DNA of 62,731 nucleotides, the filler included, from Sphacelaria rigidula (taxonomy: Eukaryota), in NCBI GenBank assembly GCA_964200075.2. It is 4 parts of 4 records of this genome, joined end to end, with 100 filler letters (N's around TTAATTAATTAA, not from the genome) between each part and the next. Parts side by side here need not be neighbours in the genome. Positions count along the whole stretch, not along the records: positions 31,421 to 47,029 come from CAXNAA020001675.1; positions 47,130 to 62,731 come from CAXNAA020001677.1; 2 more parts are not named here. One strand, written 5' to 3'. Of the stretch, positions 36,720 through 48,166 are shown piece after piece. Made by a program: the position numbers and the translations under genes. Position 1 is the first letter of the stretch. Each line of letters begins with the position of its first letter. Under the pieces are notes generated by a model that did not search any database, was not told the DNA's origin, and saw only the letters and a list, made by a program, of their open reading frames with translations.

Positions 36720-39700
36720 TTAGAAGCTGCGTCCGCCGTGCTGCTCCAACATACAGTCAATTTGGTCTTGATCTTCGAGCTCCAGTGACGTGGGGGTCTG
36801 ATCACCGCTCAAACGGTCACCGTCCAACAGGAATCGCAGCGCACTAACGCTCACACCCTTGCGTTGCGCGTATGTGCTGAAAACCTTCTCCATGCGAGTT
36901 GTCTTTTTTACCTTGAAATAGGTCTCCTCTCCAGTCTGTTCCACACAACGTTGCAAACACAGAGCGCGAACGAGATGCGTAAGAGACGTGTCGACTTTCA
37001 CACTCTGATTATTACCGTCTATCCGGCCAGCAGTAATATCAGGTGCGCAGCATCAAACTAGCACATATGAACACTTAATGCCGAAAGTCAGGAAGTGAGG
37101 ATCACGTTAGGATCGGAGGAGGGTCCGAGCAGAGTCTTTATAACTAGGTGTGTTCATTCAGCAAGTCTGCAGTCCCGATCAGGGTGCACGTTGTGCTAGA
37201 TTTATCTGTCCTTCTTGACGAGCAGCAAGCAGTGCGAGGGTGGCTGAGTGCCCCCCCCTCGAAACGAGACGGGTTCCTCCTTTTCTTCTCACAGTAGCGT
37301 CGAATTCTGGTCATACTCATATTCCAGCGACTTCTACGAAACCTCCAAGTATGCTTGCTTCAAACTCGAGACAACAGGGCCTTTTTGCTCAGCGCTGCGG
37401 GCGATAAGAGTTGATCGAATCCCCCCAAAAAGTATCCACGCGATCGAGGGGCACTAGGTCAACAAAAAATCCATGAGTCATGGTTAGTCTCAGTCGCGGA
37501 CAGCGGTGTTGGAGCTTCACCTCGGAGAATATACGTTTGTATTCATCTCGAAGCTTCAGGTGCGCTTCAATTTTTCGTAACGTGTGCAGTGCAAGACAAA
37601 TCCGAGCTATTATAACTGGGGAATAAGCCCAAGATCTTGTGATGAAAGGTGGTGGAATCACCATTCTGACCAATAATGGGGGTTTTCGGCTGGTCACAAT
37701 TCCTCTGGATGAAAAGGACATGTGCCGTGTAGAGCCGGCGCAGGACTAGCATGTGCGACCTGCAGGCTCTGTTCATGCTCCGCCAACCGCGGCGACGCTG
37801 TCACCTTGCATAAATGTCTTCGGCTGTCATCCCTTCACATTTTACTGTTGCTTCAAGATAACACTGCACGAACTCGTGGTAATCTGTATCGAGGAGTGGC
37901 ATGTGAGTAATAAATCCGCAGCACCCCAACTTTTCAGTTGGGCCCAGTAGGGGAGGGAACACTCTGAATCCAAGATTCAGCCAACAGAAGTAGCCAGATC
38001 TAATCTTCCTGACTCGATGTCAACTTGTACCAATATATCCAACCAGTCTACGTCCTTGCTCCGAAAAACGTGGAGATGCAGAAATGCTTCTCTGTATGTT
38101 ACTTCAGAATTTTGACCAATGGTCGGGACACGAAATGTATCACAGGATGAGAAAACAGCCGGATCGTGGCTGCAGGTAGAGAAGGAGCGCGGTATTGCTG
38201 CACACTGGGTCCAACAATAAATGAGCTTAATAATCGTACGGGGCGGCCAAAAGTTACTGTACTGCAGAAGACCATAAACCGCGCTCTAGTCTGTACCTGC
38301 TGACCGAAAATTGGTTCGAGAAATATAAATATATACTGACGCGTATCATACGAACCCGAATACCGAAAGGGCGACAGTACGCAGGGAACCATCCACACCA
38401 GAGTAATCGCAATATGGCGACCACGCAAAAGGCATATATCGCCGCTGTTCGACAGTAAGAAATGAGAGGAAAGTAAGCCTGCCGAGTCTCACCTGTACGA
38501 GAAACGGATGAATGGGGAAAACGGGTGCAACGTCAAGACATTGACCCTTGCATCTTCGTTACAATTTTGTAAATACAGAAAGCGTGACAAAAAATCATGA
38601 GTAATGTCATACTCTTTTTTTCACGGGTAGTACAGTTGTGCGGAGCTGAACGCTGACAGAGGCCCAATCCATAATGCTTTCTCGGCACATGAGATTGACA
38701 ACCCTTCCCGGTACCCATCCAGGGAGTTGGCTACGTGGGTTAAAAAAACCTGTTCAGCCCGGCCCTCAAATGTTTGGAAGATAAACAACCGTGGCGCAAA
38801 CCCAAGAGCGCAACACATGTGCTACTGTACAACAATTCTGTGAACCAAGCCTTTTGAGCAGCACAACCCGAAATATTCTGCGAGATATATGGCCACAGTA
38901 CATAAATCAGTAATCTGTAATTGCACACAGAAACAAACGCTATGCCAGGAAACGAACTGCTACGAGCTGGTTCACGGTCAACACCCTAAACTTTTGCGCA
39001 GATGTTCTGTGTAATCACGCAACTTCCGAAGCACGAGGTTTGTGTAAATTTCGACTTTTTCACCGTTTTTCGGGGGTCCCCATTTTTTCGGGAAAACATC
39101 GATCCAATCGGACCCCCGTAAAACGATAAAAGTAAATAAATAAAAAATCTCGTTCTTCCAAAGTTGCGTAATTCCCCATTGAACAGCTGTGCAAAATTTC
39201 AGGGTCTAACTCCTTACAACGGCGTGAGGTTTCTCGCTCTTGTGCGATGAACCTTGGCGTACCGGGGTGAAACCACAAACTGCTTCATTTTTGTACCAAA
39301 ACGGCGTTTTTGGGCCTTTTCTTGACGTGAACATGAAAATTCAAGCATCAGTTGATCGACTTTTGCGACGGAATTTTGTGGGACGCTTTGGGTTATGCGG
39401 CGACAAATCGCGCGAGAGAAAATGAAAAAAAAATCGTAGTCCCGGTTTTCCGGGGTCCCAGAATGGACAATGCTTCGAAAAACGACTGTGATACCGTCGG
39501 ACCCCAGAAAAACGGTGAAAAATCAAGAAGAAAAAACCTCGTCAGTAGAAAGTTTCGTAATAATACATAACATATTCGTGCAAAGTTTCAGGATCTAACT
39601 CCTAACAACGGCGTGAAGGTTCGCGCGCTTGAAACGTGCAACTCCCAACTACTTGTTTTTAGTATGGGAAGGTCTGTTGGGGTGAATTTTACGTCAAGGC

Positions 39701-41896
39701 AAGAAAAACTGTATGAGCTTTTCAATTTTCTCCACCAAACTTTGTACATGTCTTCCTTGGACTACCCCGGGACGCATCATTTTATTACTTTCCTTTCAAG
39801 GCATTCTGTACCGCCTTCCGGGGGTCTTTATACTGGGACACCCGGAAGCCGGTAGAGAACGGAGAAACCACGAAATAGTGTCAACCATACAAGTTTTTCA
39901 TTTATAGCACCAATACCTACAGAACTGGCAAGTTTGAGGACAATCTGAGATTTTCTGCGATGTATATAGTGCCCAAAATCGGGACGCATTCACGGGCATA
40001 AACAGCTTGTACTGTCCAGGACAACCTGTGAGGTTCGCTGACATCTTTTTTGTTGCAGTTACAGGAAGGGGGCAGAGACGTGATGAAGATTGTCGTGTAC
40101 ACTGATTACGGTTTCTAAAACGCAGCGGTGTTTTTTTTGTAGTCCCTTGAGTACACGACAGTACAACTGTACAGTACGGCACTACGGCACGCAGCTGGAA
40201 CAGAAGGTGTACCGACAGCACTTTGCTCCGTCGAAGCAGCGCACGCGAATTGTCGTAGCCCGTGAAATGCCGAACGGATTCATGTCACGTCAGGCCTCAC
40301 ATTGCCAGCTTGGCCAGGGCGAACGTTAGAGCCATAACACTACGGCTGTGGATGTCTAAGTGCGTTCCATGCTTCTCGAGCACACCGTGTGAGCACAAGC
40401 GATCTTACCCGGTTGTGCCATCACCCTACGCAACAACAGCACTCATGCCAACGAATGGCAGATGGTTCTCATCTGCTGTCATATATGTGTTCTGTTACGC
40501 GTGTCCAGAACTCGTTCCACACGTACCCAGAACGTATAGCTGCTGGGGGCGAGATCTTCCTGGTAAAACTAGTCTTGTTCACCATGGCCTGTTGGTTGTC
40601 GAGTCATCACCTTTCGACTGCGGGAACATCACGCTTATTCTTCAAAGTTGTTGTGTACGTCTACGCGACTCCCCCTCCATTTTTTTTGCGTCTCCTAAAC
40701 CAAGCCTGGACGAGGAAAAAGTCACATTTCCGGTTTTTGAATTCATCCCGTGCTAACCCAAAAGTCAAACTGGGCTCCTGGTGTCGCTCATATCGTATGC
40801 TATGCAACGGAACTGTTTATTGGTACTATTAGGAAACTACTTTCCTGATGAGCCTCACCGCTAATAATCGACAATGACTTCAAAACTAACAATTGCCTGG
40901 CTACAGACCACCACAATATCACAACGTTCACCAGCGAAGTCTATTCGTTGTGTCTAACCCCAGGTCAGGATGGTTTCGTCAGATGTTTTGTCTCAATACC
41001 GACGTGCAGCGGAGGTGAAATGAATGAACTACTGTACAATATATCTTGACATCACACATCTGTGCATCTGTTGTTGGGGATTTGTCGATTTGTCCCAAAA
41101 TGGCTCGATTCTGTGTTGAGGAAAAATCGATGTTCTGTGCAGGAGCGGGAAGAATTTTCCAGGATGTTTTTAGTGTTGCAGTATCTAGAAGCCATTTCAG
41201 AACAGATTCGTCTGCACGATTGCCCGTGTGATGAGTCAGGTGAAGCAGCTCAGTGTGGGAGAAGCAGTAAGGTACAAGGGCAAGTGCATCCATGGTGAAG
41301 TGACAATAACGGTTTGTGGATTGAAGTCGTGGTTGATAAGATCCGGGAGGCGGGTGCGGTGCGACTATCAGTTGGTGACAGCATCGCGAATTATTGTCGG
41401 GGTTTTTTCCCGCCCGCCCCTCCCTTCGACGTTTTATCGGATTGGATTGTGTTTGACGCGTATCGAATTGTGTCACGTATCTGTACCTCCATCGTACGTG
41501 TTGGGGATTTGTCCCCAAAAGCTGGCCTTGTACGTTACCATCACATTCATGAATTTCGTCAGTCCAATGTTCTTACTTCATGATGGATCTCGACAATTCT
41601 GCCGTGATTCTTCGTCCAATGCACCGAAGCGCAACGAAGGTGTTGGGCAATTGCTTGGCCCAGTGTCATATTTTAATTGACGGCGGACCGGGTTTGTTCA
41701 CACGTGGAGTTGCAGTGGACCGAACCACACACACCTCAACGAGAGTTTTCATTTTTCAAATCTCGGAGGATGAGAAGAAACCTCAGTCGACTTTCTGTGG
41801 TGAGAATTGAGCTCATACCTGATCTCTGACGCGAATCGTTATGGTCGTGTCTTGCTTGTCGGTTGACTCGGGCTTGGGAGTGGGTGCGTCACTCAT
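36720..41896 (-). CDS. SUMO: Small ubiquitin-like modifier (SUMO), 2 coding exons, 97 aa
   Basis: Exon 41896-41819 (MSDAPTPKPESTDKQDTTITIRVRDQ|GTATGA) plus exon 36935-36720 (TGEETYFKVKKTTRMEKVFSTYAQRKGVSVSALRFLLDGDRLSGDQTPTSLELEDQDQIDCMLEQHGGRSF*). It ends in a di-Gly motif plus a 3-aa propeptide. A probable 5'UTR intron spans 42316-41906. Confidence 0.95.
38961..40011. mobile_element. TA-flanked non-autonomous DNA transposon in the SUMO intron
   Basis: Ends TACGAGCTGGTTCACG / CATAAACAGCTTGTA. About 600 bp is homologous, inverted, to 44695-45310, and the start resembles 11789-12000. Confidence 0.6.
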
Positions 41897-43506
41897 ACTG
41901 GCGGTCTGAGATGAAGGGAGGGAGGGCGGTCGCGGGCAAGTACGGGACATGGATGCCATGAGATACGAAGCTCAAAGGTCAAATATTCAAAAATCGAGGT
42001 CCCAAATTTCACCGCTGGTCATCTGCCCTACCATATAACCAAAATATCGAACAAATACCCATGTCAGCAGCGGTGAACTCATCCAGTACGTGGCGTTGTA
42101 GTCTGCAAACAGTATACAGGGTACCGAAAATAGGGGCATGGAAGAGCTGCAAAGGGAGAACAATGGTACGCGGTAGTACAGACAGCACAGACAGTAGTAC
42201 CGTGAGCACCGTGAAAATCACCCGAAGAGACATGAGGGGTGATGCTATTCAACATCAAATAATTGGACAGAATGCATCCAAGGATACAAAAAAATAAAAG
42301 GAGGGAAGCTTCTCACCTATATAACTTCAGGGGCCCACAACTCCTTGCTTCTCACCTCTGCGTTTCGCTGTCCTGAAGCTCGCGGTTCTCGGCAGCAGTT
42401 TCCATCCGACTAGAAAATCTGTCCTTGTGTCATTTCCTGTTTTCGTCACTTTGTGTCATTTTCCAGTTTGCACTCACATCAACCTGAACCCAGAGTCAAG
42501 CGCCTGGCAGAAGTCAGCACAGCAGGCAGTGCAATCATAGTGGTGCCTGGCTGACTGCCTCTCTGCACCCTCCTTCCAGTTCTTCTGGGATGAAGAGCGT
42601 ATGCTATTCTGGTAAAAGACGTGGATGGCGCCTAGGACCGGGGTTCTTCTCGAGATGGACTGCATTAGCAGCGAGTTTCATCGTTAATGCGTTCAACCTG
42701 TATAGGTCAGTTGGCGCATCGGGGAGTGAGTTTCTCCGCGTTGCGCGTTGCAAGCGCATTTTGCGTAACACATAGACATCTGTATCGTCTTTTTCTTCAC
42801 AGACACAGAGACGTAGTATAATGACTACTGTATAACCATATCCATGGCTTGTATTGTTCTGAATTTCATGGGTTTGGATCTAATGCAGCTAAGTATCCGT
42901 CAGGATGTTGTCGTAGCTCTTCTCCCTTGATCACTGTATAACAAGCGGAGCACAAAGCTCCCTGGGGGGTGTGGAGGTGAGTAGGCGAACGATAGCTTGA
43001 TTACTCTCACGGTAGGTGGGTACGGACAGTAAATGATTTCCTAGATCGCAGGGCAGGGCTTGCGCACGATCATGTGCCGGGCCTCGTTTCGGTACAATAT
43101 TTTCGGCTAACAGCCCCCCGGAAGAAATGCACGTCACGTTGTCGTGATCTACAGGCTGGTTCACGGGAAAAAACCCAAATTCTGATTGTGTCATCAGCAA
43201 ATGCCTTCTGCAATACGCATTCAATAGTCGCGTACATTGTATTATACTGACCGCAATGAACAGACGAAGAGGGTGGCATAGCCGGATTTTTGTTCAAGGC
43301 TATAGCGGTGGCGCTATGGACGAAAATGTGTCTCGACCAATCAGCGCCTTTCAAACTGTTCCGAACTTGAAAATACTAATCCCAAGCCCAATTTCCACCG
43401 AATCTCCACACGCTTCAAATCGTAGTGACCGTCATCACCTCACGAATCTAACGGGAGAAACGGATTTGAGAACGGTTCCAACGGGGTCGAAGTATACCCG
43501 AAACCG

Positions 43507-44617
43507 TACAGGCTGGGCCGCCGAAGACGCGGACAGGGATGTGAACACGCGATTTAGCAGCTGAATTTTAGGTCATTTTATATAAAATTTTGACACGATG
43601 TACAGGACGTATGTGTCAAGACGCCATCTTTTCCACTCTACATTTTTTTTTCTTTTGGAGTTATTCACGGTTTTGTTCCGAAAAAAACTGTTCTGAAATG
43701 TTTGGTCGCCGATAACTCACCGAGAAAAAAAAATGTAGAGTGGAAAAGGTGGCGTCTTCGCGTATACATCCTGTACATCGTGTCAAAATTTCATTGAAAA
43801 CGACCTGAAATTCAGCTGCTAAATCGCCTGTTCGTGTCCAAGACTGATTCTCATGTGGAAATGGACCAGCCATGAAAAAATGAAACGCGGTTATGCTGTT
43901 CAATTTCAAGTATTTATTTCACGAAGTTTCGACGCGATGCGCATGAGGTATGTGTTGAACTCCCTATTGTCCCCCCTTGACATTTTTTTTCTTCCAATGA
44001 GTTGTCGACGCTTTCTTACCAGTAAAATCTGTTCCAAAATTTAGATCACCAATAACACACGAGGAAAAACAAGAAAGAGAGGGGGCAAACGGTAGGGGCT
44101 TCACATATATCCCATGTATATCGTGTCAAAATTTCATGGAAAACACCTTCAAATTGAGCAGGGAAATCGCGTTTTTTTGTCGAAAACCGGTTCACTTGCT
44201 TTTAGAGTACAATAACCTCAGCCGGGACACTGACGTTTTCTGCAAGCTGCAAGGTCTCGTCTGCGTGCCATCTCAGACACTGCGCGCCTACAGTACGACA
44301 TGCCTTGAACCACAACTAGTGCAGCACCATCACTTTGCGGTCGCGGCACAAATGACTGTAACCGTAAAAGCGATTTCAGCCGTTTTTTCCCTCCTTATTC
44401 CGCCGCACATTCCACCCTCACCTCTCTACACTTGGCAGCTGACTGCAGTTTGGTATTTCGATTGATGGGAACTTGTCAGATCGCAGTGTTACGTGAAATG
44501 AAAGACGCGCGTTGATTTGCAGATTACCACGATGTGTCATGGCAGGCACAACTCGCGATAGATCGTCAGTTAGAACCGGCTAAAGGAAAGTCCGCTTTTC
44601 ATGCGGCCCAGCCTGTA
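43507..44617. mobile_element. TA-flanked non-autonomous DNA transposon with an internal palindrome
   Basis: Perfect 15-bp TIR TACAGGCTGGGCCGC / GCGGCCCAGCCTGTA; internal inverted repeat ~43549-43650 versus ~43725-43827. Confidence 0.75.
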
Positions 44618-47344
44618 ATATTTGGCGTTGTCTAGTTTCCACTCATGATACGCAGGGAAGACCCAGGGAGTCTCGTGATGATTTCCCTTATATCTGTTGT
44701 AGGAAAGCTCAGATCATCCTCAAACTTGGCACTTCCGTAGGTATTGATGCTCCAAATGGAAAAATTGTGTTCTTGGCAAGGGTTCAAAGTTTCTCCGTTC
44801 TCTACCGGCTTCCGGGGGGCCCAGTACAAAGGCCCCCGGAAGGCGGTACAGAATGACTCAAAATAAATAAATAATACATGGTGCGTCCCGGGATGGTTCA
44901 AGGAACACATGTACGAAGTTTGGTGGAGAAACTCGAAAAGCACACACAATTTTTCCTGCCTCGACGTGAAATTCACCCTCAAAGATGTTTTCATACTCAA
45001 ACCAAGTAGTGAGGAGTTTGCACGTTTTAAGCTTACATCCTCGCACAAACGCGCAAATCTTCACGCATTTATTAGGAGTTAGACCCTGAAACTTTGCACA
45101 AACGTGATATGAATCATTGCGCAAGTTTCGATCAACGAGGTTTTTCGAGTTCTCGATTTTTTTACCGTTTTTCAGGAGTCCGACGGGATCCAAGTCGTTT
45201 TTTCGATATCGTCTATTCTGGGACCCCGAGAAACCGGCACTACGGTATTTTTTTCATTTTTTTAGCGAACGACCTGTCGCCGCAAAACCCAAGGAAGAAC
45301 CCCACAAAGTTTCCACGGTTAGGACAAATCAACTCGTGAGTCAAATCAGAGTCATCATTTCGACGAATAAATCATACGGTTCGTACATCATTTGTAATTC
45401 ACACAGCCAACCCTTCTTCATGACTCAAGGCGTGAATGGCTTGTACATGTACGCCATGTGAGACAAGTTTAACGTGAGCGCCCGTATATGTTTCCCACCT
45501 TCGGATTAATGCGGGACGTACATGAGTCATACAGGTTAATTCATCTGAAGTCATGGGCCCTGAGCCACACACACTTTTGTCCAACCTGTAATGCGCGCAA
45601 GATGCCTGCACTGCACAATATGATATATGTTATCCACCCTCGAGTGAATGTGGGACCAACACTCGGTAAATAGTTGAATTCTGCCATTTCATGTTCATGG
45701 GGCCTGTATCACGCGTATTTTTTTCCCATGGGTAGTGCGCTGCATGTGTGTTATCCACCCTCGACTCAGCGGACCAATGGTTTATACAGCATGACTGCTT
45801 GCGCATCATGGCGAGTCAACATAACACCACACCCGGGAGGTACAAGGAGGCGCGGCAGTTCGCCGCGGGTGTTTAGTACCGTGCACGAGCGGTACCTCTG
45901 CGTAATGGTGGAAAGATGCGTTCTTCCAATCAAGAACCATCGACGGTGTGGTCGTATGCTGTTGTGTTGGGACTTCACAGGAGGGAAACACGCAATATTG
46001 TGCTGAAAGCACCTGTACGAATTGCTCCGCCGTGCCGGTACACGAAGCACTATTCACTTTTCTGTGCTTCAGACTAACCGACAGCGAAGGGGATGTGGCC
46101 GGTACCGTAGTACCGGGGGAAAACATCGAGGATATTGTAGATTGCACATCGTGAACAAAGTTGCGCAGTGGTGTACGGTGGTTCACCGCGGTTGGCAATT
46201 GCTGTGTAAATCCCACTCGGGGTTTCCTTGTCCGGGCCCAACAAAGCATAGCACAGCAACACGGGTACACTACGCTGGGCTACGCTACGCTACACTAGAC
46301 TAGACTACAATACACAGTACAGCACATCACGGCACAGTTCCGCACAAACCAGCACGGCAGCGTACTGTGTGCTCCCACAACACACTACTGTACGCTGCAA
46401 TACACTACACTCACGGGCTCACTACACTTATCACAACAGAACAAGCCCAACGCAGAGCAGCGCAGTATAACACAGAACATTACTGTGATACCGTACCGTA
46501 CCGTGAATGGTACCGACTGCGCACACGATGGTTTCAGAATTTTTGGCGATGTGAGCAACTCAGAGCCATCATTTCAATGAATATATCATACTAGTCGTAC
46601 ATCATTTGTAATTCATACAACTTCTTAGCTTGTGCGTGGCTCAGTATAACCCGAAGGTACTCGCTTCATACCTTCCATGACTCCCGGGGTACATAATGGG
46701 CACATAGTCAACCCTGCACTGAAAATTTGGATGCTTCGATTGTACATGTCACGCACTTCTTATTATCATGAGTCGGGAACGTCATTTACAACTTGCCTGA
46801 CCAACTTCTTGGAGGTGAGCACCGGTACATTTTCCCCCATACCTTCGGGCTCATGCGGCACTAACGAGTTGTATAGGTTGACTCTTCACTTCTGATGGGC
46901 CCTGAACCACGCGTAATTTTCTCATAGCTGTAATGCGCGCAAGATGACTGTGGTGCATATGTGTTATCCACCCTCGACTCAGCGGGACCAGCGGTTCATA
47001 TAGCATGACTGCTTGCGCGTCATGGCGAGNNNNNNNNNNNNNNNNNNNNNNNNNNNNNNNNNNNNNNNNNNNNTTAATTAATTAANNNNNNNNNNNNNNN
47101 NNNNNNNNNNNNNNNNNNNNNNNNNNNNNGGGGAAAGCACTGTTTTGGGCTTGAGCCTCATCTCGAAGTTAAACCTCAATTCGCACAATTTGTTGTTACC
47201 TCCTCTTCCGTTTGCTGCGGTTTTGTAAGCAAGTCATTCTCTTAGCTTGCGAGAGTACTTTACAACGGTTACCATATTTTTATAGATTGGTTCGTAGAGA
47301 CTACATATGCTGTCTTTTGTGGAGGAATTTGGCGTGCTGTAGAA

Positions 47345-47572
47345 ATGGCCGACAACAACCAACTTGCTGTCCTAGGTGAATGGAACGTGGCGGCAGTCCT
47401 CACTGCCGACATCAACCTCCCCAGTTCCGACGCCATGGACATCGATGGCCGTTACGATGAACAAGAATCGCCTGAGACAACAGAAGCCCTCGCACGGGAA
47501 CGCGAGGAACGTGCCCGCGGTGAGGCAGCCGCGCATCTGAAACGACTTTCCTATGCTTCAGAATACACGTGA
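47345..47572 (+). CDS. Short acidic/helical ORF (75 aa), possibly an exon
   Basis: MADNNQ...EALAREREERARGEAAAHLKRL is protein-like. It is preceded by TGTAG| and contains a possible donor CG|GTGAGG at 47519/47520. It overlaps the opposite-strand ORF by 15 nt. Confidence 0.3.
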   Translation: MADNNQLAVLGEWNVAAVLTADINLPSSDAMDIDGRYDEQESPETTEALAREREERARGEAAAHLKRLSYASEYT

Positions 47573-48166
47573 TTTCCACAACAGTACCTTCATAGGGTCA
47601 AGTTTGGGGCCGGCAGATGAAGAAGATCCCCCCAAAACCTTATTAATCTTTGCCTTTCTCTGAACGCCTGCTCCCGACGTAGCTGCAGCTGATCCTGCCC
47701 TAGGTCCCGCTTGCGCCATTCTCTTCCTTTCTAGCACCATCTTGAGTCTGGCCTTTTTATCGGTTGGCTGCGAAGCTGAAGGCGGCGGCGGCGGCGACGG
47801 GTCTCGGGTCTTCGCATCAGATACTCCGTCCAAGGCTCTGTCTGTCTCGCGTGCTACTTTGACCTTGCCCGCCGAGGCCGCCGCCGGCGATGATCTTTTC
47901 TCGAGGACACTGCTTGACCGTGAGGGGCTTACGGATCGCTGCGGGCTATTGGGAGCTGTGCTATTTTGCGGAGAAGCTAGAGTCTGCTTCCTGAACTGCC
48001 GGAAAACTCTCATGAGATACTGCTCTTCGGAGGTTAGAGTGTCCATGGGCTCCTGTGCCGGGGCGCGGCGATTTGAGGGAGCTCTTTTCGAGCTCGGTGC
48101 TGCTTCGTCTTCATACTCTTCATCGTACGAGTTCTTGCGAGGTCTACGCGCAGGGCGTGTCGTCAT
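47558..48166 (-). CDS. Hypothetical basic, Ser/Ala/Pro-rich protein (202 aa from ATG 48166, or an exon of a larger gene)
   Basis: Long open frame with protein-like composition. A pyrimidine-rich acceptor (CCTTTCCTCAG|) opens the exon at 48205 and a possible donor (AAG|GTACTG) follows 47588. No family was recognised with confidence. Confidence 0.6.
   Translation of the reverse strand: MTTRPARRPRKNSYDEEYEDEAAPSSKRAPSNRRAPAQEPMDTLTSEEQYLMRVFRQFRKQTLASPQNSTAPNSPQRSVSPSRSSSVLEKRSSPAAASAGKVKVARETDRALDGVSDAKTRDPSPPPPPSASQPTDKKARLKMVLERKRMAQAGPRAGSAAATSGAGVQRKAKINKVLGGSSSSAGPKLDPMKVLLWKSRVF

Noticed and set aside
42467-42554. Possible LSm5 last exon (..RVKRLAEVSTAGSAIIVVPG*)
   Set aside because: Too divergent from the highly conserved LSm5 C-terminus, and the middle exon is not found; likely chance.
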